DNA of 63,930 nucleotides, filler included, from Chiloscyllium plagiosum (taxonomy: Eukaryota): NCBI RefSeq assembly GCF_004010195.1. It is 4 parts of one record of this genome, joined end to end, with 100 filler letters (N's around TTAATTAATTAA, not from the genome) between each part and the next. Parts side by side here need not be neighbours in the genome. Positions count along the whole stretch, not along the records: positions 1 to 28,659 come from NC_057711.1; positions 28,760 to 54,438 come from NC_057711.1; 2 more parts are not named here. One strand, given 5' to 3'. This document shows positions 26,960 to 40,427 of this stretch, piece after piece. Below the pieces are notes generated by a model, which worked only from the letters and a program-made list of their open reading frames with translations, was not told the origin of the DNA and ran no database searches. Within the stretch, counting starts at the first letter, position 1, and each line of letters begins with the position of its first letter. The position numbers were made by a program, and so were the translations under genes.

Positions 26960-27685
26960 TGGACATGGATGTGGCTTGTTAGATCAATTTTTATTGTTCA
27001 CCCTGTAGTTACTCTTGAGAATTTACTCTTGGTGGTGAGCTGCATTCTTGATCCACTGCAGTTCATGTTTTATAGGTAGACCTACAAAGCTGTTAAGAAA
27101 GAAGTTGTAGGATTTTGTCACAACAATGCTGAAGGGACAATAATCTATTCCCAAGTTAGGATGGTGAGTCGCTTGGGATGGAAGATGCAGGTGGTGGTAT
27201 TCTCATGTATCTGCTGCTTTTGTCCCTTGTCCTACTAGATGGAAGTTGTTATGGATTTGGAAGGTGCTGTTGGAGGACCTTCGGTGAATTTCTGCTGTGC
27301 ATCTTGTAGATGGTACACTTCGACTACTGAGTGTTCATGGTGGTGAGAGTGGATGTTTGTGAATATGATGCCAATCAAGTTGGCTTCTTTGTCCTGGATG
27401 GTGTCAAGCTTCTTGAGTGTTGTTGGAGTTGCACCCATCCAGGAAATGGGGAATATTCCATCACACTCTCGACTTGTGCCTTGTAGGTGCGGGACAGGTT
27501 TTAGGAAGTCAGGAAGTGAGTTATTCACTGCAGTATTCCTTGCCTTTGACCTGCTTTTGTAGCCACTGTGTTTATATGTTCAGCTCAGTTTACAGTTTCA
27601 GGATTTTAATAGACGGGGATTCAATGGTGCTAACACTGAATTTCAAGGGATGGTGGTTAGAATGTTTCTTGCCTGGTGAATAGTC
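26960..27685 (-). mobile_element. CR1/L2-group LINE (family B) 3' fragment
   Basis: ORF 27235-27528(-) SWMGATPTTLKKLDTIQDK; homologous to the 3' part of the copy at 50790-54165. Confidence 0.75.
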
Positions 27686-27689
27686 TTCA

Positions 27690-28659
27690 GAATCCTTAAG
27701 GGGGAGGGTGTGCAGCCAGAAGTCGTGGTGCACATTGGCACCAATGACATAGGTAGGAAGAGGGGTGGGGAGGTCATTCAGGAGCTCAGGGAGTTAGGCT
27801 GGAAGCTAAAAGCTAGGACGGACAGAGTCGTCATCTCTGGGTTGTTGCTGGTGCCACGTGACAGTGAGGCAAGGAATAGGGACAGAGTGCAGTTAAACAT
27901 GTGGCTGCAAGGATGGTGTAGAAGGGAGGGCTTCAGGTATTTGGACAATTAGACTGCATTCTGGGGAAGGTGGGACCTGTACAAGCAGGATGGGTTGCAC
28001 CTGAACCAGAAGGGCACCAATATCCTGGGAGGTAGGTTTGCTAGCACTCTTCGGGGGGGTTTAAACTAATTTGACAGGGGGATGGGATCTGGACTTGTAG
28101 TCCAGCAAGTAGGTTAGCTGTTTTTCAGGTTGTCCAAGAATGTAGGGAGGCTGTGGAGAAGGTAGCATTGACGGGGAATACTTGCGGGCACAGAGATGGG
28201 CTCAAGTGTGTCTACTTCAATGCAAGGAGTATCAGAAATAAGGTGGGTGAACTTTAGGCGTGGATCGGTACTTGGGACTACGATGTTGTGGCCATCACGG
28301 AAACGTGGTTAGAAGAGGGACAGGAATGGTTGTTGGAGGTTCCTGGTTACAGATGTTTCAGTAAGATTAGGGAAGGTGGTAAAAAAGGAGGGGGGTGGCG
28401 TTGCTAATTAGAAATGGTATAACGGCTGCAGAAAGGCAGTTCGAGGGGGATCTGCCTTTAGAGGTAGTATGGGCTGAAGTCAGAAATAGGAAAGGAGCAG
28501 TCACCTTGTTGGGTGTTTACTAGAGGCCCCCCAATAGCAGCAGAGATTTGGAGAAACAGATTGGGAAACAGATGTTGGAAAGGTGCAGAAGCCACAGGGC
28601 GATTTCAACTTCCCAAATATTCATTGGAAGCTCTTTAGATCAAGTAGATTGGACAGGGC
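27690..28659 (+). mobile_element. CR1 LINE: ORF1 SGNH esterase C-terminal half plus start of ORF2 APE endonuclease, cut by the gap
   Basis: QPEVVVHIGTNDIG...DGLHLN (SGNH blocks), then LKCVYFNARSIRNK...DVVAITETW, with in-frame stops. Confidence 0.9.
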
Positions 28660-28759
28660 NNNNNNNNNNNNNNNNNNNNNNNNNNNNNNNNNNNNNNNNN
28701 NNNTTAATTAATTAANNNNNNNNNNNNNNNNNNNNNNNNNNNNNNNNNNNNNNNNNNNN
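28660..28759. other. Assembly gap with artificial linker
   Basis: 44 N + TTAATTAATTAA + 44 N. Confidence 0.97.
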
Positions 28760-30792
28760 ACAGACCCAGAAAATAACACCGTCTTATTCCTCTACAAAAC
28801 ACTGCACCAGGTAAAATTAATAGCTATGGCTTATATTTTAAGTTGAATCAAGAGACTTATCTCCAAAAACATAATCAAGAAAGAACCCACTTTACTCACT
28901 ACTGCAGCCTTTCTCTTGGACAGACTTAAAACAACAATTAACTTATCTGATTCTGTGTTGTGAACTTCGCCCAAACCGGTTTCTTCAAGATTAGTTGTGA
29001 AATTCACTGTTTATTAATTTTCCCAGATGCAGTCCGATGTCCAGCGACACATGAATTCAAAAACAGCAAAGGCATTAACTGTGCAGGTTCTCTCTCTCTC
29101 TCTCTCTCTCTCCTGCACTGTCCTCACCATGTGCTTCCTTTGTCTGTTCTTCTCCCTTTTAGAACTGCTGTTGTTTTGACTTTTTTTTTCCAAAGTTTCA
29201 AAAACAATGCAACAGAATATAAAACAGTAATTGCTGCTCCTGGAATTCGAGGAAATCACCTCCAGCACCTAAAATACCTAAAAATAAATGGAGCAGCTCT
29301 TACAGCCAGAAATGTTTCCTGACTTCTTAGCACACAGCTCCAATAATTTGCTCAGTGCAATTCCCCTGGTGTTCCTAATTTTTTTAGTTCCTCCCTCTCT
29401 TTCATTTCCTGAATGACAGTTATTTCTTGGGTATTACAGAAAACTTTGTTTTAACCAGTATCTTATGAACTGGCGCTCTCGAGAAACTAGCAAAAACTAT
29501 ATACCTCGAATACCAGAAGTTTACGGTATGATCACAATCCCTGCAATGCCCGAATAGTCAGTTGAGAGTGTGAGTGAGAAGGTTTTATGTAACGAAAGTC
29601 ACATTATTATTTTGTGATTTATACTATAAATAAAATATGACATTGATGTGTACACACTCTGCTTACATTTCTCTGACTTTGTGTGTGTTTTTACATTGAT
29701 TATGTGGACCTGGGATATGTGATCAACTGGCACACTCCTGGTGCCACTGGAGCTGTTTAATTAAAAGTTTGCTATACTTAGACTCTCGATGATGAAGATC
29801 AATGCAAAATATTTTCTCAATTCATCTGTAATTTCCTAATGTTCCATTATTGATTTCCCATACTTATTTTCTATAGGACCAATGTTGACTTGGTTAATTC
29901 TTTGCCTTTTAAAATATCCATACAAAGACGTACTATCTGTTTTTATATTTCTCGCTAGCTTTCTCTCATAATCCAACTTTCCCCTCCCTGTGAGTATTTT
30001 AGTCATTCTTTGCTGTTTTTATTGTTACACAGGTGTAGGTGTGTGCTGTGCCTATAAGAGAGAGAGGAAGCTGGCAAGGACTTAGAGAAGCACATGGTGT
30101 ACTGAAAGATTTAAAAATGTAACATTTGATTGCCACAACTAGCTGGTGATATGTTGCCATGGAACAAAAACAAATTCAAATTCAACAAATCAGTTTATAT
30201 TATGCCCCAGATACCAAAATCTAATTTAACCCAAACAAGCAGACAAAACACGTCCAGAATCCCTAGCCACTCTCCTCTACAGCAAAGACATCTCAGAAAT
30301 GACCACCAGACTACACAGACCCCTTGGCATCATGGTAGCCCACAATCTCACCAACACACTAAAACAGCAGCTAACGAACTTGAAAGACCCTATACCGACA
30401 GCAAGCAAAACAAATGTAATTTACAAAATACTGTGCAAGGACTATAACAAACACTATATTGGACAAACAAACAGAAAACTAGCCACCAGGATACATGAAC
30501 ACCAACTAGCCACAAAAAGACATGACCCCCCTCTCACTAGTATCCTCACATATGGATGAGGAAGGGCACCACTTCGACTGGCACAATACATCCATCCTGC
30601 GACAAGCCAAACAAAGACATGCATTAGAATTCCTAGAAGCATGGCATTCCAACCGGAACTCTGTCAACAAACACATCGAGTTAGCCCCCATCTACCACAG
30701 GAAATAACATCACCAATGCAAAGAAAACCAAACATATAAATAGAAAGCAGGAATTATCAACAGTGCTTCACCTGAGGCCCACTGAAGATGTT

Positions 30793-31017
30793 GGGGAGAA
30801 AGTGAGGTCTGCAGATGCTGGAGATCAGAGCTGGAAATGTGTTGCTGGAAAAGCGCAGCAGGTCAGGCAGCATCCAGGGAACAGGAGAATCGACGTTTCG
30901 GGCATAAGCCCTTCTTCAGGAAGCCATTCCTGAAGAAGGGCTTATGCCCAAAACGTCGATTCTCCTGTTCCCTGGATGCTGCCTGACCTGCTGCGCTTTT
31001 CCAGCAACACATTTCCA
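30793..31017 (-). mobile_element. Palindromic PLE-derived hammerhead mini-element (family A) with 14-bp TSD
   Basis: TSD ccactgaagatgtt at 30779-30792 and 31018-31031; ~90-bp inverted arms around a spacer at about 30923-30926. Confidence 0.9.
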
Positions 31018-31057
31018 CCACTGAAGATGTTACCCAGTAGGGTGATGAAACATCTGG
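31018..31057 (+). ncRNA. Minimal type-I hammerhead motif (family B)
   Basis: CCA-CUGAAGA-U-GUUACCC AGUA GGGUGAU-GAAA-CAUC-UGG; helix I CCA/UGG, 7-bp helix II. Confidence 0.75.
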
Positions 31058-31554
31058 AAATGAACCTTCCAGCTCAGGGAGCAAACCTACATCCAAAACC
31101 TCGATCTGAGCTACAAATCTTCTCAAAACTCGTACAGTTCAATTATTATTTAGTCCTTGCACCTTAGCCAACTTCAAAATTAGGTAATTAATTTGTTCTA
31201 TCTCATTGTATAATATCTACCACTCTGGAAAGTTTCAGAGAAGTTTCTACGAAACTATTCTAAAAACACATTACAAGTTCATTTTCTGAGCTATTTTTGC
31301 CCATTTGATTTTGACAGTCTATATATGTGTTTGAAAACCCATGATTATCACTATATGATTCTGATAAATTCCCATTATTTCTTTGTATTTACTTCAATTT
31401 ACAAAGTGATTATTTCTTATGTACTTTGTACGTATGATCTACCTGTACTGCACACAAAACAAAACTTTTCACGATATCTCGGTACATGTGACAATAATAA
31501 ATCAAAACAAAATCTTAGAGGAGCTGTACACCACTCTTTCAAGTTAATTCTTGC

Positions 31555-31777
31555 TGAAATAACTGCACAGAGGCTAGTATCCTGTCATCAAGTCACCCTT
31601 TATTGACATGTGCACAGTGCACTGGTTGTGACCAGCCAGCTCGGAGTCAGTCCCTGAAATCAGGAGACATTGAATTGCATGTTTATATCTGTCAGCTAGG
31701 GCTCCCTGAATGACCCAGGTTAACAACCCCAATCAAGGATCTCATAGTCAATAAGATCCATCTGGCACCAATCACTA
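31555..31777 (-). mobile_element. Solo LTR (Gypsy-type) with TSD
   Basis: Reverse complement is homologous to the LTR at 31855-32082, contains AATAAA and ends ...ttatttca; flanked by tcttgc at 31549-31554 and 31778-31783. Confidence 0.75.
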
Positions 31778-31854
31778 TCTTGCTTTTATCATTTCTCACC
31801 TAGACTCAAACCACTTATCAGATTGCACTTATTAACCTCAATTTATATAGTAAT

Positions 31855-33350
31855 TGTAACAAGGTCAGCCAGGTAGACCTCATTGAATATGAGTTCCCTG
31901 ATTGGGGCTATTGATCTTGTCCAATCAGGGAACCCTGGCCGACAGATAAGAACAGGAGTGTCAAACATCGTGTCCATTCTTTGCGAGCTGGCTCTGAGGG
32001 AGCAGGATCAGTGTCAAGGACTCTCCATGTGTATGTAACTGATGACATAGTGACAGGAAACTGGCCTCTGCAGAGTTTTTCAGAGGCGTCGAATGAAAAG
32101 CGTACTCCTGAGGAAATATGTTCACAACAGCCATCTTTAAGTTGGGGTAAGCATTTCTAGCATTGTGTTCTTATTTGGGAAGCTTGACTCGTTCGATTCT
32201 GCCGTCAATGATTAGGCCCAGTATGTGCTATTTTTTTCTGGGTAAATAACCCTGGGGCAGATATTAAGCAGTAAATAATTCTCCTGACAGGTTGTGGACC
32301 TGCAGCTTTTGCAATTATTAGGAGCCTAACTTTCCACGAGGCACCAGATATTAAAAACATTCGACAGTTGAGGGATTTAGTTAAGGAATATTACAAAACC
32401 AAGTTTCCTCTTATTTTGAGATGCTATCAGTTTTACTTAGTAATTCAAGAACCAGAGGAATCTGTACTTGGATTTTTGACTAGGTTACGATGACTGGCAG
32501 AGGCATGTGACTCTTATTTAAACCTCATTGAGATGCTGAGAGACTTTAGTATATGGGATTACTGATGTAACCATGCAAAAGCGCCTAACATCTGAAGGCC
32601 ACCTGGACTTCAAACAGGCACTGCAACTGGCCTTATCACTGGAAAATGCGGCAAGTGGAGCATATGAGTTGCAGGGTATTTGAATGGAAGTGGATATCCT
32701 CGCCAATCTGACCGAGCTTGGGGAACACCGCTAGAGTGAAAGCAATTGCATCGTTTCACTGAGGGCATACCCTGCACAGAAAATCTCCAAAGCAAAGCCA
32801 AGTCTCAGCCAAAGGGTTAAAATTTTCTTTCAGGATTCAGGCCAGTAAGGCCAGTTGCTGCTGGCATGCAAACTCGAGAGAGCAAAAGAGTCCCAGACCT
32901 AAACTGAGTAAGAGAACTCAGGCCAATATCCAGGAGAGTGCAGACCCTGGAAAGACCCCCCTACATCTGGTTTGGAACAGTTAAATTGCTTCGCAATATA
33001 CAAATCAGAACCAATCAAAATAAATGTCTGGTTAAATCATCACCAGGTTCAAATGAAGGTCAATACAGATGCAGCTATTTGAGTGATTGCAGATCTAATC
33101 TTCAACAAAATTTACTCTGCACTCCTACTCTTAAGTTTGCACAAGACTTTTGCTAGGCTGAGAATGTATACGAGGGAATATATACAAATGAAGGGTACAA
33201 TTTCAGTCCTGGTATCTTATGAGAAGCAACTGGTTCAGTTATCACTGATTGGTGTAAAAGGGTCAAACACAAACTTGATGGGGAAAATTGGTTGAGAAAG
33301 ATTCACCCTTATTAGCTCAACATTCTTTGATTAGAAAACTGCTATCTGAG
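31855..33350 (+). mobile_element. Degenerate Ty3/Gypsy LTR retrotransposon 5' part (LTR 31855-32082, PBS-like site, gag, protease)
   Basis: TGTAAC...TTTTCA LTR, then gaggcgtcgaatg (PBS-like), gag remnants (FGKLDSFD, CGPAAFAIIRSL, EMLRD, MQKRL, LDFKQALQLALSLE) and protease-like PIKINVWLN; many stops. Confidence 0.78.
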
Positions 33351-33356
33351 TGATCA

Positions 33357-33602
33357 TTAGATTAGATTCCTTACAGTACAGAAACAGGTCCTTTGACACA
33401 ACAAATCCACACTGACCCTCTGAAAAGTAACCCACCCAGATCCTTACCCTGACTAATGCATCTAATACTATGGGCAATTTTCCATCTGATCTGCACATCT
33501 TTAGATTGTAGGAGGAGACCCACATAGATAGTCACCCAAGGTAGGGATTGAACCCAGGACCTGTAAGGCAGCAGTGCTAACCACTATGCCACTGTGCTGC
33601 CC
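33357..33602 (-). mobile_element. HE1-type V-SINE (internally deleted)
   Basis: Reverse complement of the head and (taatc)n tail. Confidence 0.8.
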
Positions 33603-33629
33603 TAATTAAATATCTGGAAGTTTTTCCTG

Positions 33630-36185
33630 TGAGGTCTAGGAACCATTGTCATATTGTCAAAGGGAGAGTGAGAAGCCAGAAGTTGTTGTACACTTTGGTG
33701 GAATGATATAGTTAGGTCAAGGATTAAGGCTTTGCAGAGTGAATTTGACGTTAGGCAGAAGGTTAAAAAAACAGAACATCAAAAGTAGTCATCACTGGTG
33801 TACTTCCAGTGCAAGTTCTAATGAGGGAAGAAATAACAGGATAGGGAGATAAATCAATGGCTGAAGCAATGGTGCAATGTCAGGGATTCAGTTTCTTGGA
33901 TCATTGGGTTTGCTTCTGGGAAAGAAAAGACCTGTTCAAAAAAGATGGGTTTCACCTGAACTGGAAAAGGATCAATATCCTGGTTGGGAGATTTGCTCGT
34001 TTTATTTCTATTAGCCTGTAAACATTTGAGGGGTGTGGAATTCCTAGTAACAGTGAAATAAGAAGAAAGGTGAGGATGTTTCTAAATGAGAAAAGAGCAA
34101 TTAGAAAAGACAGACAAGAGAAGTCAAGGAACGAAGTAACTCCAAAGAATTAAACTGCATTTATTTAAATGCGAAAGGTCTTACTGTAGGGCTCATGAAC
34201 TCAGGGCATATGAGGGCACGTGGGATTGGGATGTTGTAGCTATTACAAAAACTTTGCTGAGGGAAGGACAGGACTGGCACTCTATGTTCCGGGTTTTAGA
34301 TGTCATAGGAATGATAGTAAGAGAGGCAAAAGTGGAGGGGGAGTGGCATTTTTAACTAAGGAAAAATATTACTGTAATTAGAAAAGATATTTCTCAGGGA
34401 AAATTTCATGAAAATATATGGGTTGAAATTGGAAATAAGAAAGGGATGATAACTGGTGGGATTGTACTGTAGTCCCACAATAGCCAGTGGGAAATTGAGA
34501 AGCAGGTATGTAGAGAGATCTCAAATATGTGTAAGAATAATAAGGGTGTAATAGCAGGGAATTTTAATTTTCAAAACATTGGTTTGACTGCCATTGTGTT
34601 AAATGTTTGCATGGTGAGAATTTGTTTTAAATGTGTTCAAGAAAACTTTCTTTTTCAATATGTAAATTTTTCCATTGAAGAAGGACCTTCTCTTGTGTCT
34701 CGGTACACATGACAATAAATTCAAATCAATTCAAAATATATTGCATCATCTATAAACATGGGTGAAGTACCAGAGGGTGGCTGATGTGCCAGTGTTTATG
34801 AAAGGCTATAAGGAGAAGCCTGGGAACTATAGACCTGTGTGTCTGACATTGGTGGCGGGTTAGTTGTTGGAGGTGATTCTGAAAGATAGGATTTACATGT
34901 ATTTGGAAAGACAAGGACTGATTAAGGATAGTCAGTATGGTTGTGTGCAAGGAAATCATGACTCTCAAACTTGATATATTTTTAAAATAAAGTAATAAAG
35001 ATGATTAATTAGGGCAGAGTGGTAGATGCTATTTAGTAAAGCATTTGACAAGGTTCCACATAGTAGACTAATTAGTAAAGTTAGCTCACTTAGGATTCAG
35101 GGTGAGTTGGCAATTGGATAGAAAATTGGCTTTATGGTAAAAGCTTTATGGTATGTATGACAGGGAGGAATGGTGGAAGGTTGTTTTTTTGGACTGAAGG
35201 CCTGTGACCAGTGGTGTTCCACATTGATTGGTACAGGGTCCATTTTTGTTTGTCATTTGTATAAATGATTTGCATGAGAATACAGGAGGCTTCATTAGTA
35301 AGTTTGTGGATTACATCAAAATTGGTGGTATAGCGGACAGTGAAGAAGGTTTTGTAAGATTATCAAGAGATCTTGATTGGGTCAATGGCGGAGGAGTGGT
35401 AGATGGAATTTAGTTTGGATAAATATGAAGTATTGCATTTTTGTAATACAAACAAGGACAGGGCTTATACAAGTAATGGCAGGGCCCTGGAGAATGTTGT
35501 ATAACAGAGACCTAGGGGATTCAGATACATGCTACTTTGAAATTTGCATCACAGTTAGGCAGGGTGTTCAAGAATGTGTTTAGCATGCTTGCCTTCATTG
35601 CTCAGACCTTTGTTATAGGAACTTTGTTATAGGAGTTTGCATGTCATGCTGAGATTGTACGGGATGCTGGTGAGGCCTCTTCTGGAGTACTATGCAGTTC
35701 TGGTTGCCTAGGACATAGGAATCACTAAACTGGATAGAGTTCAGAAAACATTTACCAGTTTGTTGCTGGGAATGGAGGGTTTGAGGTATAAAAACACTTG
35801 CACTTTTTTCACTAGAACATAGGAGATTGAGGAGAATCTTTATAGAGGTTTATAAAATCATGAGGGGCATAGATAAGATGAATGACAAGGATGTTTTCCC
35901 AACTAGGGAGTTCAAGACTAGGGAGCATATTTGTAAGGTGGGATTTAAAAAGAACATATGGGACAACTCTTCTACACAGAGTGGTTTGTGTGTGGAATGA
36001 ACTGCCAGAGAAAGTAGAAGCAGTTAAGTTACAATATGTAAAACACATTTGAATAAGTTTATGAATAGGAAAGTTTCAGAAGGATGTGGGCCAAGAACAG
36101 GCAGGTAAAATTCATTTACTTTGGGAACATGGACGGCATGGACTGGCTGGACTGAGGGTCTGTTTCCATGCTGCGTGACTCTTGA
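33630..36185 (+). mobile_element. Highly degenerate CR1 (ORF1 esterase remnant plus ORF2 with internal deletion)
   Basis: DGFHLN-like, LNCIYLNA, GPFLFVICINDL, CR1 3' tail. Confidence 0.8.
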
Positions 36186-36665
36186 GTGCTCATCTTTTCT
36201 TGGTTGACATTTCTAGCCTTAATTATGCTCCCAGGCAATGTATCCCAAATTCCTACCACTCTCTGGGTGAAATAAACACTTCCTCACATTTCCTGAAAGC
36301 CTCTGGCCTTTCATTTTAAAATTATGTTCTCATGTTTTTGATCCTTAATCTAATGAATAGCTGTACTCAATCCACCCTGTCCATGCCCCTCATAATTGTA
36401 TACACCTCAATTAGGTCTCCTTCCAGCCTTCTTTGCTCTAAAGAAAACAGTCCAAGCTTATCCAGCTTTTCTTCATTTCTAAAATGATCCAGCCAAGGCA
36501 ACATCCTGGTACATCTCCTCTGTACCCCCTCTATTGCCTATAGTATGGTGATTATAGCTGGTGACTCCAGCTGTGGACTAACTAAAGTCCTGTACAGTTT
36601 CAACATAACCTCCTTGCTCTTATAATCTATTCCACAACTGATACTTGCATATGTCTTCTTAACTA

Positions 36666-36766
36666 GTGTGGTGCTGGAAAAGCGCAGCAGGCCAGGCAGC
36701 ATCCGAGGAGCAGAAGAATTGACGTTTCAGACGTAAGCCCTTCTTCAGGCTTATGCCCGAAACGTC
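36666..36766 (-). mobile_element. Partial PLE-derived hammerhead mini-element (family A)
   Basis: gtgctggaaaagcgcagcagg...gacgtttc...cttcttcag followed by an inverted gcttatgcccgaaacgtc. Confidence 0.78.
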
Positions 36767-38269
36767 CATTTATCCACCTCATTTTTCCGTTTATCATAGG
36801 ATCAGCTTCACAGAATATCAATGGGAAGTCTTATCCTTACACTTTATATTTGGTTTCAACAATTCTTAAAATTAACTCAAATTGCCACCTTCAGTCTGAA
36901 GGGAGCTTAGTTTTCAATCTTCAGGCAAACATCCACTGTTACCAATGTCAAATTAATGGGACAGAGACATTTCTTCATGGATAGAATTGATTAACTACAC
37001 ACTTTTAGATTTTTTTAATCAACCAGTTCAGATACATATCTGGTGCATGTGAGACTTAAATTTGATCCTCCTGGTATAGAGGTAGGGAAACTAGAACAGC
37101 ACAAGGGCCCCATAAAAACATTCAGTATTCACACACAGCCCGTCACTCAGAGGGGGTCAAGGTCTGGGATTAAGTCCCATCTGTTCCAGAGATGTGTATA
37201 ACATCTCTGAAGAGGTTAGTCAGAAAATTCTACCCAGTCATTAATTAATTCATTCCAATCACCTGCTTAACCACGTGCTATATTAACAGATTGCAATTTC
37301 TACCAGCCATGTTTAAAACCATTTACTTTTTTGAGCTCTTTCATCTGTTATAATCAAGTCCCTCTACTCCACAAGTATAAATGTTTTGATTTAGGCACCA
37401 AAAATGGCCAATTGTTTCTCTTTTTAATTGGTATCCAGAAGAAACATAACCAGATTTCATAATTTTCTTTTATACATTCAGTATATGTGAGCATTTATTA
37501 CTGTCTGAGGTGCCCTTAAGAAGGTAATAGAGAGCTGCCTTCTTGAACTGTTGCTGTCCATGTTCTATTTGCAAAGGGGGAGAATGCCACCACACTCCTG
37601 ACTTGTGCCTTGTAGATGGCGGGCAGGCTTTTGGGAGTGATAAGGTAAGTTAGTCACTGGAAGATTCCTAGACCTGGCCTGAATGATCATTAAAGTGATC
37701 CATTTATTATAAAGCAAAACTCATTTCTAAAAGCAAGTGGCAGAACTGTTTAATGCCCAGACATAATTTGGAATTAAAACTATCCTCTTTGAGTTCAAAC
37801 AGAAATACATTTGCATAACATTAATGCCAATAAAGATTCCACATAGAGGATATTTTAAAAAGGGCAAAAGAAAAGTATCGTTATTGGCTCATGGTCTGAA
37901 ATGGAAAAGATAGAACTTGACAGATTCCCACAGTCCATCGTGGTTGCTTTTAGCCAATAGTATTGCCGACAGCATAGATTGATGGAGAATTTCCAAGCCA
38001 GCTACAGTCCAGATGAAAAGTGAGTTGGTTTGGAGTCTTTGGACATCATATAAAGATTACAAAGTAGTCAAAAATACTGAGATGTGGAATCTTTATCAGG
38101 TTCCCGATAATTCAAACCAGAGATATATTTGCAGCTTTAGTGCAAGCTTTGAAGGTTTTCTTCCTTCTGACCTCATAGTTTATTCAGAACATAAGTGAAG
38201 ATCAGAAGGGTTACTAGGCAACAATTAACACAGAAGTCCCGTAGTTTCTTCTAAAGCAAGAACTAGAAA

Positions 38270-39920
38270 ATTGCTAAAGTAACACCCCCTGTTTAAGAAG
38301 GGAGTAAGAGAAAAGACAGGAAATTACAGGCTGATTAGCCCAACCTCAGTCGCTGGTAAGATTTTGGAGTCCATTGTTAAGGATGAGATTTCTGAATACT
38401 TGGAAGTACATGGTAAAATAGGGCAAAATCAGCATGATTTCATCAAGGGGAGGTCATGCCTGATAAATTTGTTAGAATTTGAGGAGGTATGAGCAGGTTA
38501 GACCAAGGAGAGCCAATGGATATTATCTATCTGGACTTCCAGAAGGCTTTTGACAAGGTACCGTACAGGAGGCTGCTGAATAAGATAAGGGCCCATGGTG
38601 TTAGAGGCAAGGTATGAACATGGACAGAAGATTAGCTGTCTGGCAGAGAGCAGAGTGGGGATAAAAGGGTCCTTCTCCGAATTGCAGCCGATGACTTGTG
38701 GTGATCCTCAAGGCTCGGTGTTGGGACCTCAACTTCTCATTTTATATATTAATGATCTAGATTAAGGAACTGAGGGCATTCAGGCTAACTTTGCAGATAA
38801 TACAAAGATAGATGGAGGGACAGGTAGTATTGAGAAGGTGGGGAGGCTGCAAAAGGATTTAGACAGGTTAGGAGAGTGGACAAAGAAGTGGCAGATGGAA
38901 TACAACTGGGAAAGTGTGAGGACCTGCAATTATGGTAGGAAGAATCGAGGCATAGACTATTTTTTAAATGGGGAGAAAATTCAGAAAACTGAAGTGCAAG
39001 GGGACTTGGGAGTCCTAATCCAGAATTCTCTTAAAGTAAACTTACAGGTTGAGTCGGTAGTTAGGAAGGCAGATACAATGTTGGCATTTATTTCAAGATC
39101 ACTAGAATATAAAAGCAGGGATGTACCTCTGCAGCTTTATAAGGCTCCAGTTAGACCACACTTAGAGTATTGTGAGGAATTTTGGGCCCCATATCTTAGG
39201 AAGAATGTACTGGCCCTGGAACAGGTCCAGAGGAGGGTCAAGAGAATGATCCCACGAATGAAAGACTTAACAGATGAGGAACATTTGAGGACTCTGGGTC
39301 TATACTCATTGGCGTTTAGAAGGATGAGTGGAGATCTAATTGAAATTCACAGTATACTGAATGGCCTGGACAGAGTGGATGTTGGGAAGGCATTTCCTTT
39401 GAGGAGAAAGTGAGGACTGCAGATGCTGGAGATTAGAGCTGAAAATGTGTTGCTGGAAAAGCGCAGCAGGTCAGGCAACATCCAAGGAGCAGGAGAATTG
39501 ACGTTTTGGAGCATGAGCCTGAAGAAGGGCTCATGCCTGAAACGTCGATTCTCCTACTCTTTGGATGCTGCCTGACCTGCTGTGCTTTTCCAGCAAGGTA
39601 TTTCCTTTGGCAAGAAAGACTAGGACCTGAGGCCACAGCCTTTGAGTAAAGGGATGACCCTTTAGAACAGAGATAAGGAGAAACTTCTTCAACCAGAGAG
39701 TGGTGAATCTATGGAATTCATTGCCACGGAAGGTAGTGGAGGCCAGATCACTGAGTATATTTTAGACAGAGGTCGGTAGGTTTTTGATTGTCAAGGGGAT
39801 CAAGAATTGTGGGGAAAAAGCAGGAGAATGGGGTTGAGAAACTTATCAACCATGATTGAATGGTGGAGCAGACTCAATGGGCCAAATGGTCTAATTTCTA
39901 CCCCTGTGTGTAATGGCCTT
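38270..39920 (+). mobile_element. CR1 LINE ORF2 3' part
   Basis: ORF 38838-39413 LQKDLDRLGEW...LYKAPVRPHLEYC; 3' tail present. Confidence 0.9.
39402..39594 (-). mobile_element. Palindromic PLE-derived hammerhead mini-element (family A) nested in CR1, 15-bp TSD
   Basis: TSD aaggcatttcctttg (39387-39401) / aaggtatttcctttg (39595-39609); plus-strand core CTGAAGA 39519-39525, GAAACGTC 39539-39546. Confidence 0.88.
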
Positions 39921-40427
39921 AAGATTTTTCTGCAGTAAAAAAGATAAATCCCATTTCTTATCTCCTTAAAAGCTTTGCTTGGCTATTTTAAACAAAGTCA
40001 TTGGAATTTATGCAATTAAAAAGTGGATCACAAACCACACTGAACTGTTCACTTCCATCCAGGAAGTGTCTAAATATTTAATTATCTTCAAAGTTTTCAA
40101 GAAGAACATAAATATAAATTCCTTGAATGAGGCATCACAGATTGAAGCTAATGTTACATGTGACCTAGGTTGTATCTTTGCTTGGCCAATTTTAGTTAGA
40201 TATCATAGACCCAGGGGCCAACAGAAATCCTTCATCACATTATTCAGGTTTATCGATATACCATGTGATTTCCTTATCTTCAGTTGGTGAAAGAATAAAT
40301 ACTCTGTCAGACCTTAGTTTGGCCATAAATTATTACTAAGATTTATTGATCAATAAACAATGAATGAACAGTACTAAATTACTTTACCATAATCAGATAT
40401 CACTATGATCCTGAAAATATCAAAATA

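Larger units (their letters stand above)
30228..31135 (+). mobile_element. PLE (Penelope/Poseidon type) 3' part: GIY-YIG endonuclease, 3' UTR, hammerhead family B
   Basis: KDPIP...NVIYKILCKDYNKHYIGQTNRKLATRIHEH, frameshift, HMDEEGHHFDW...EFLEAWHS; same 3' UTR as 51422-51762. Confidence 0.9.

Noticed and set aside
28760..29320. Possible LINE 5' UTR on the minus strand with a (TC)n tract, and ORF 28960-29322
   Set aside because: Looks repeat-like but I cannot support a family assignment; the ORF has no recognisable domain.
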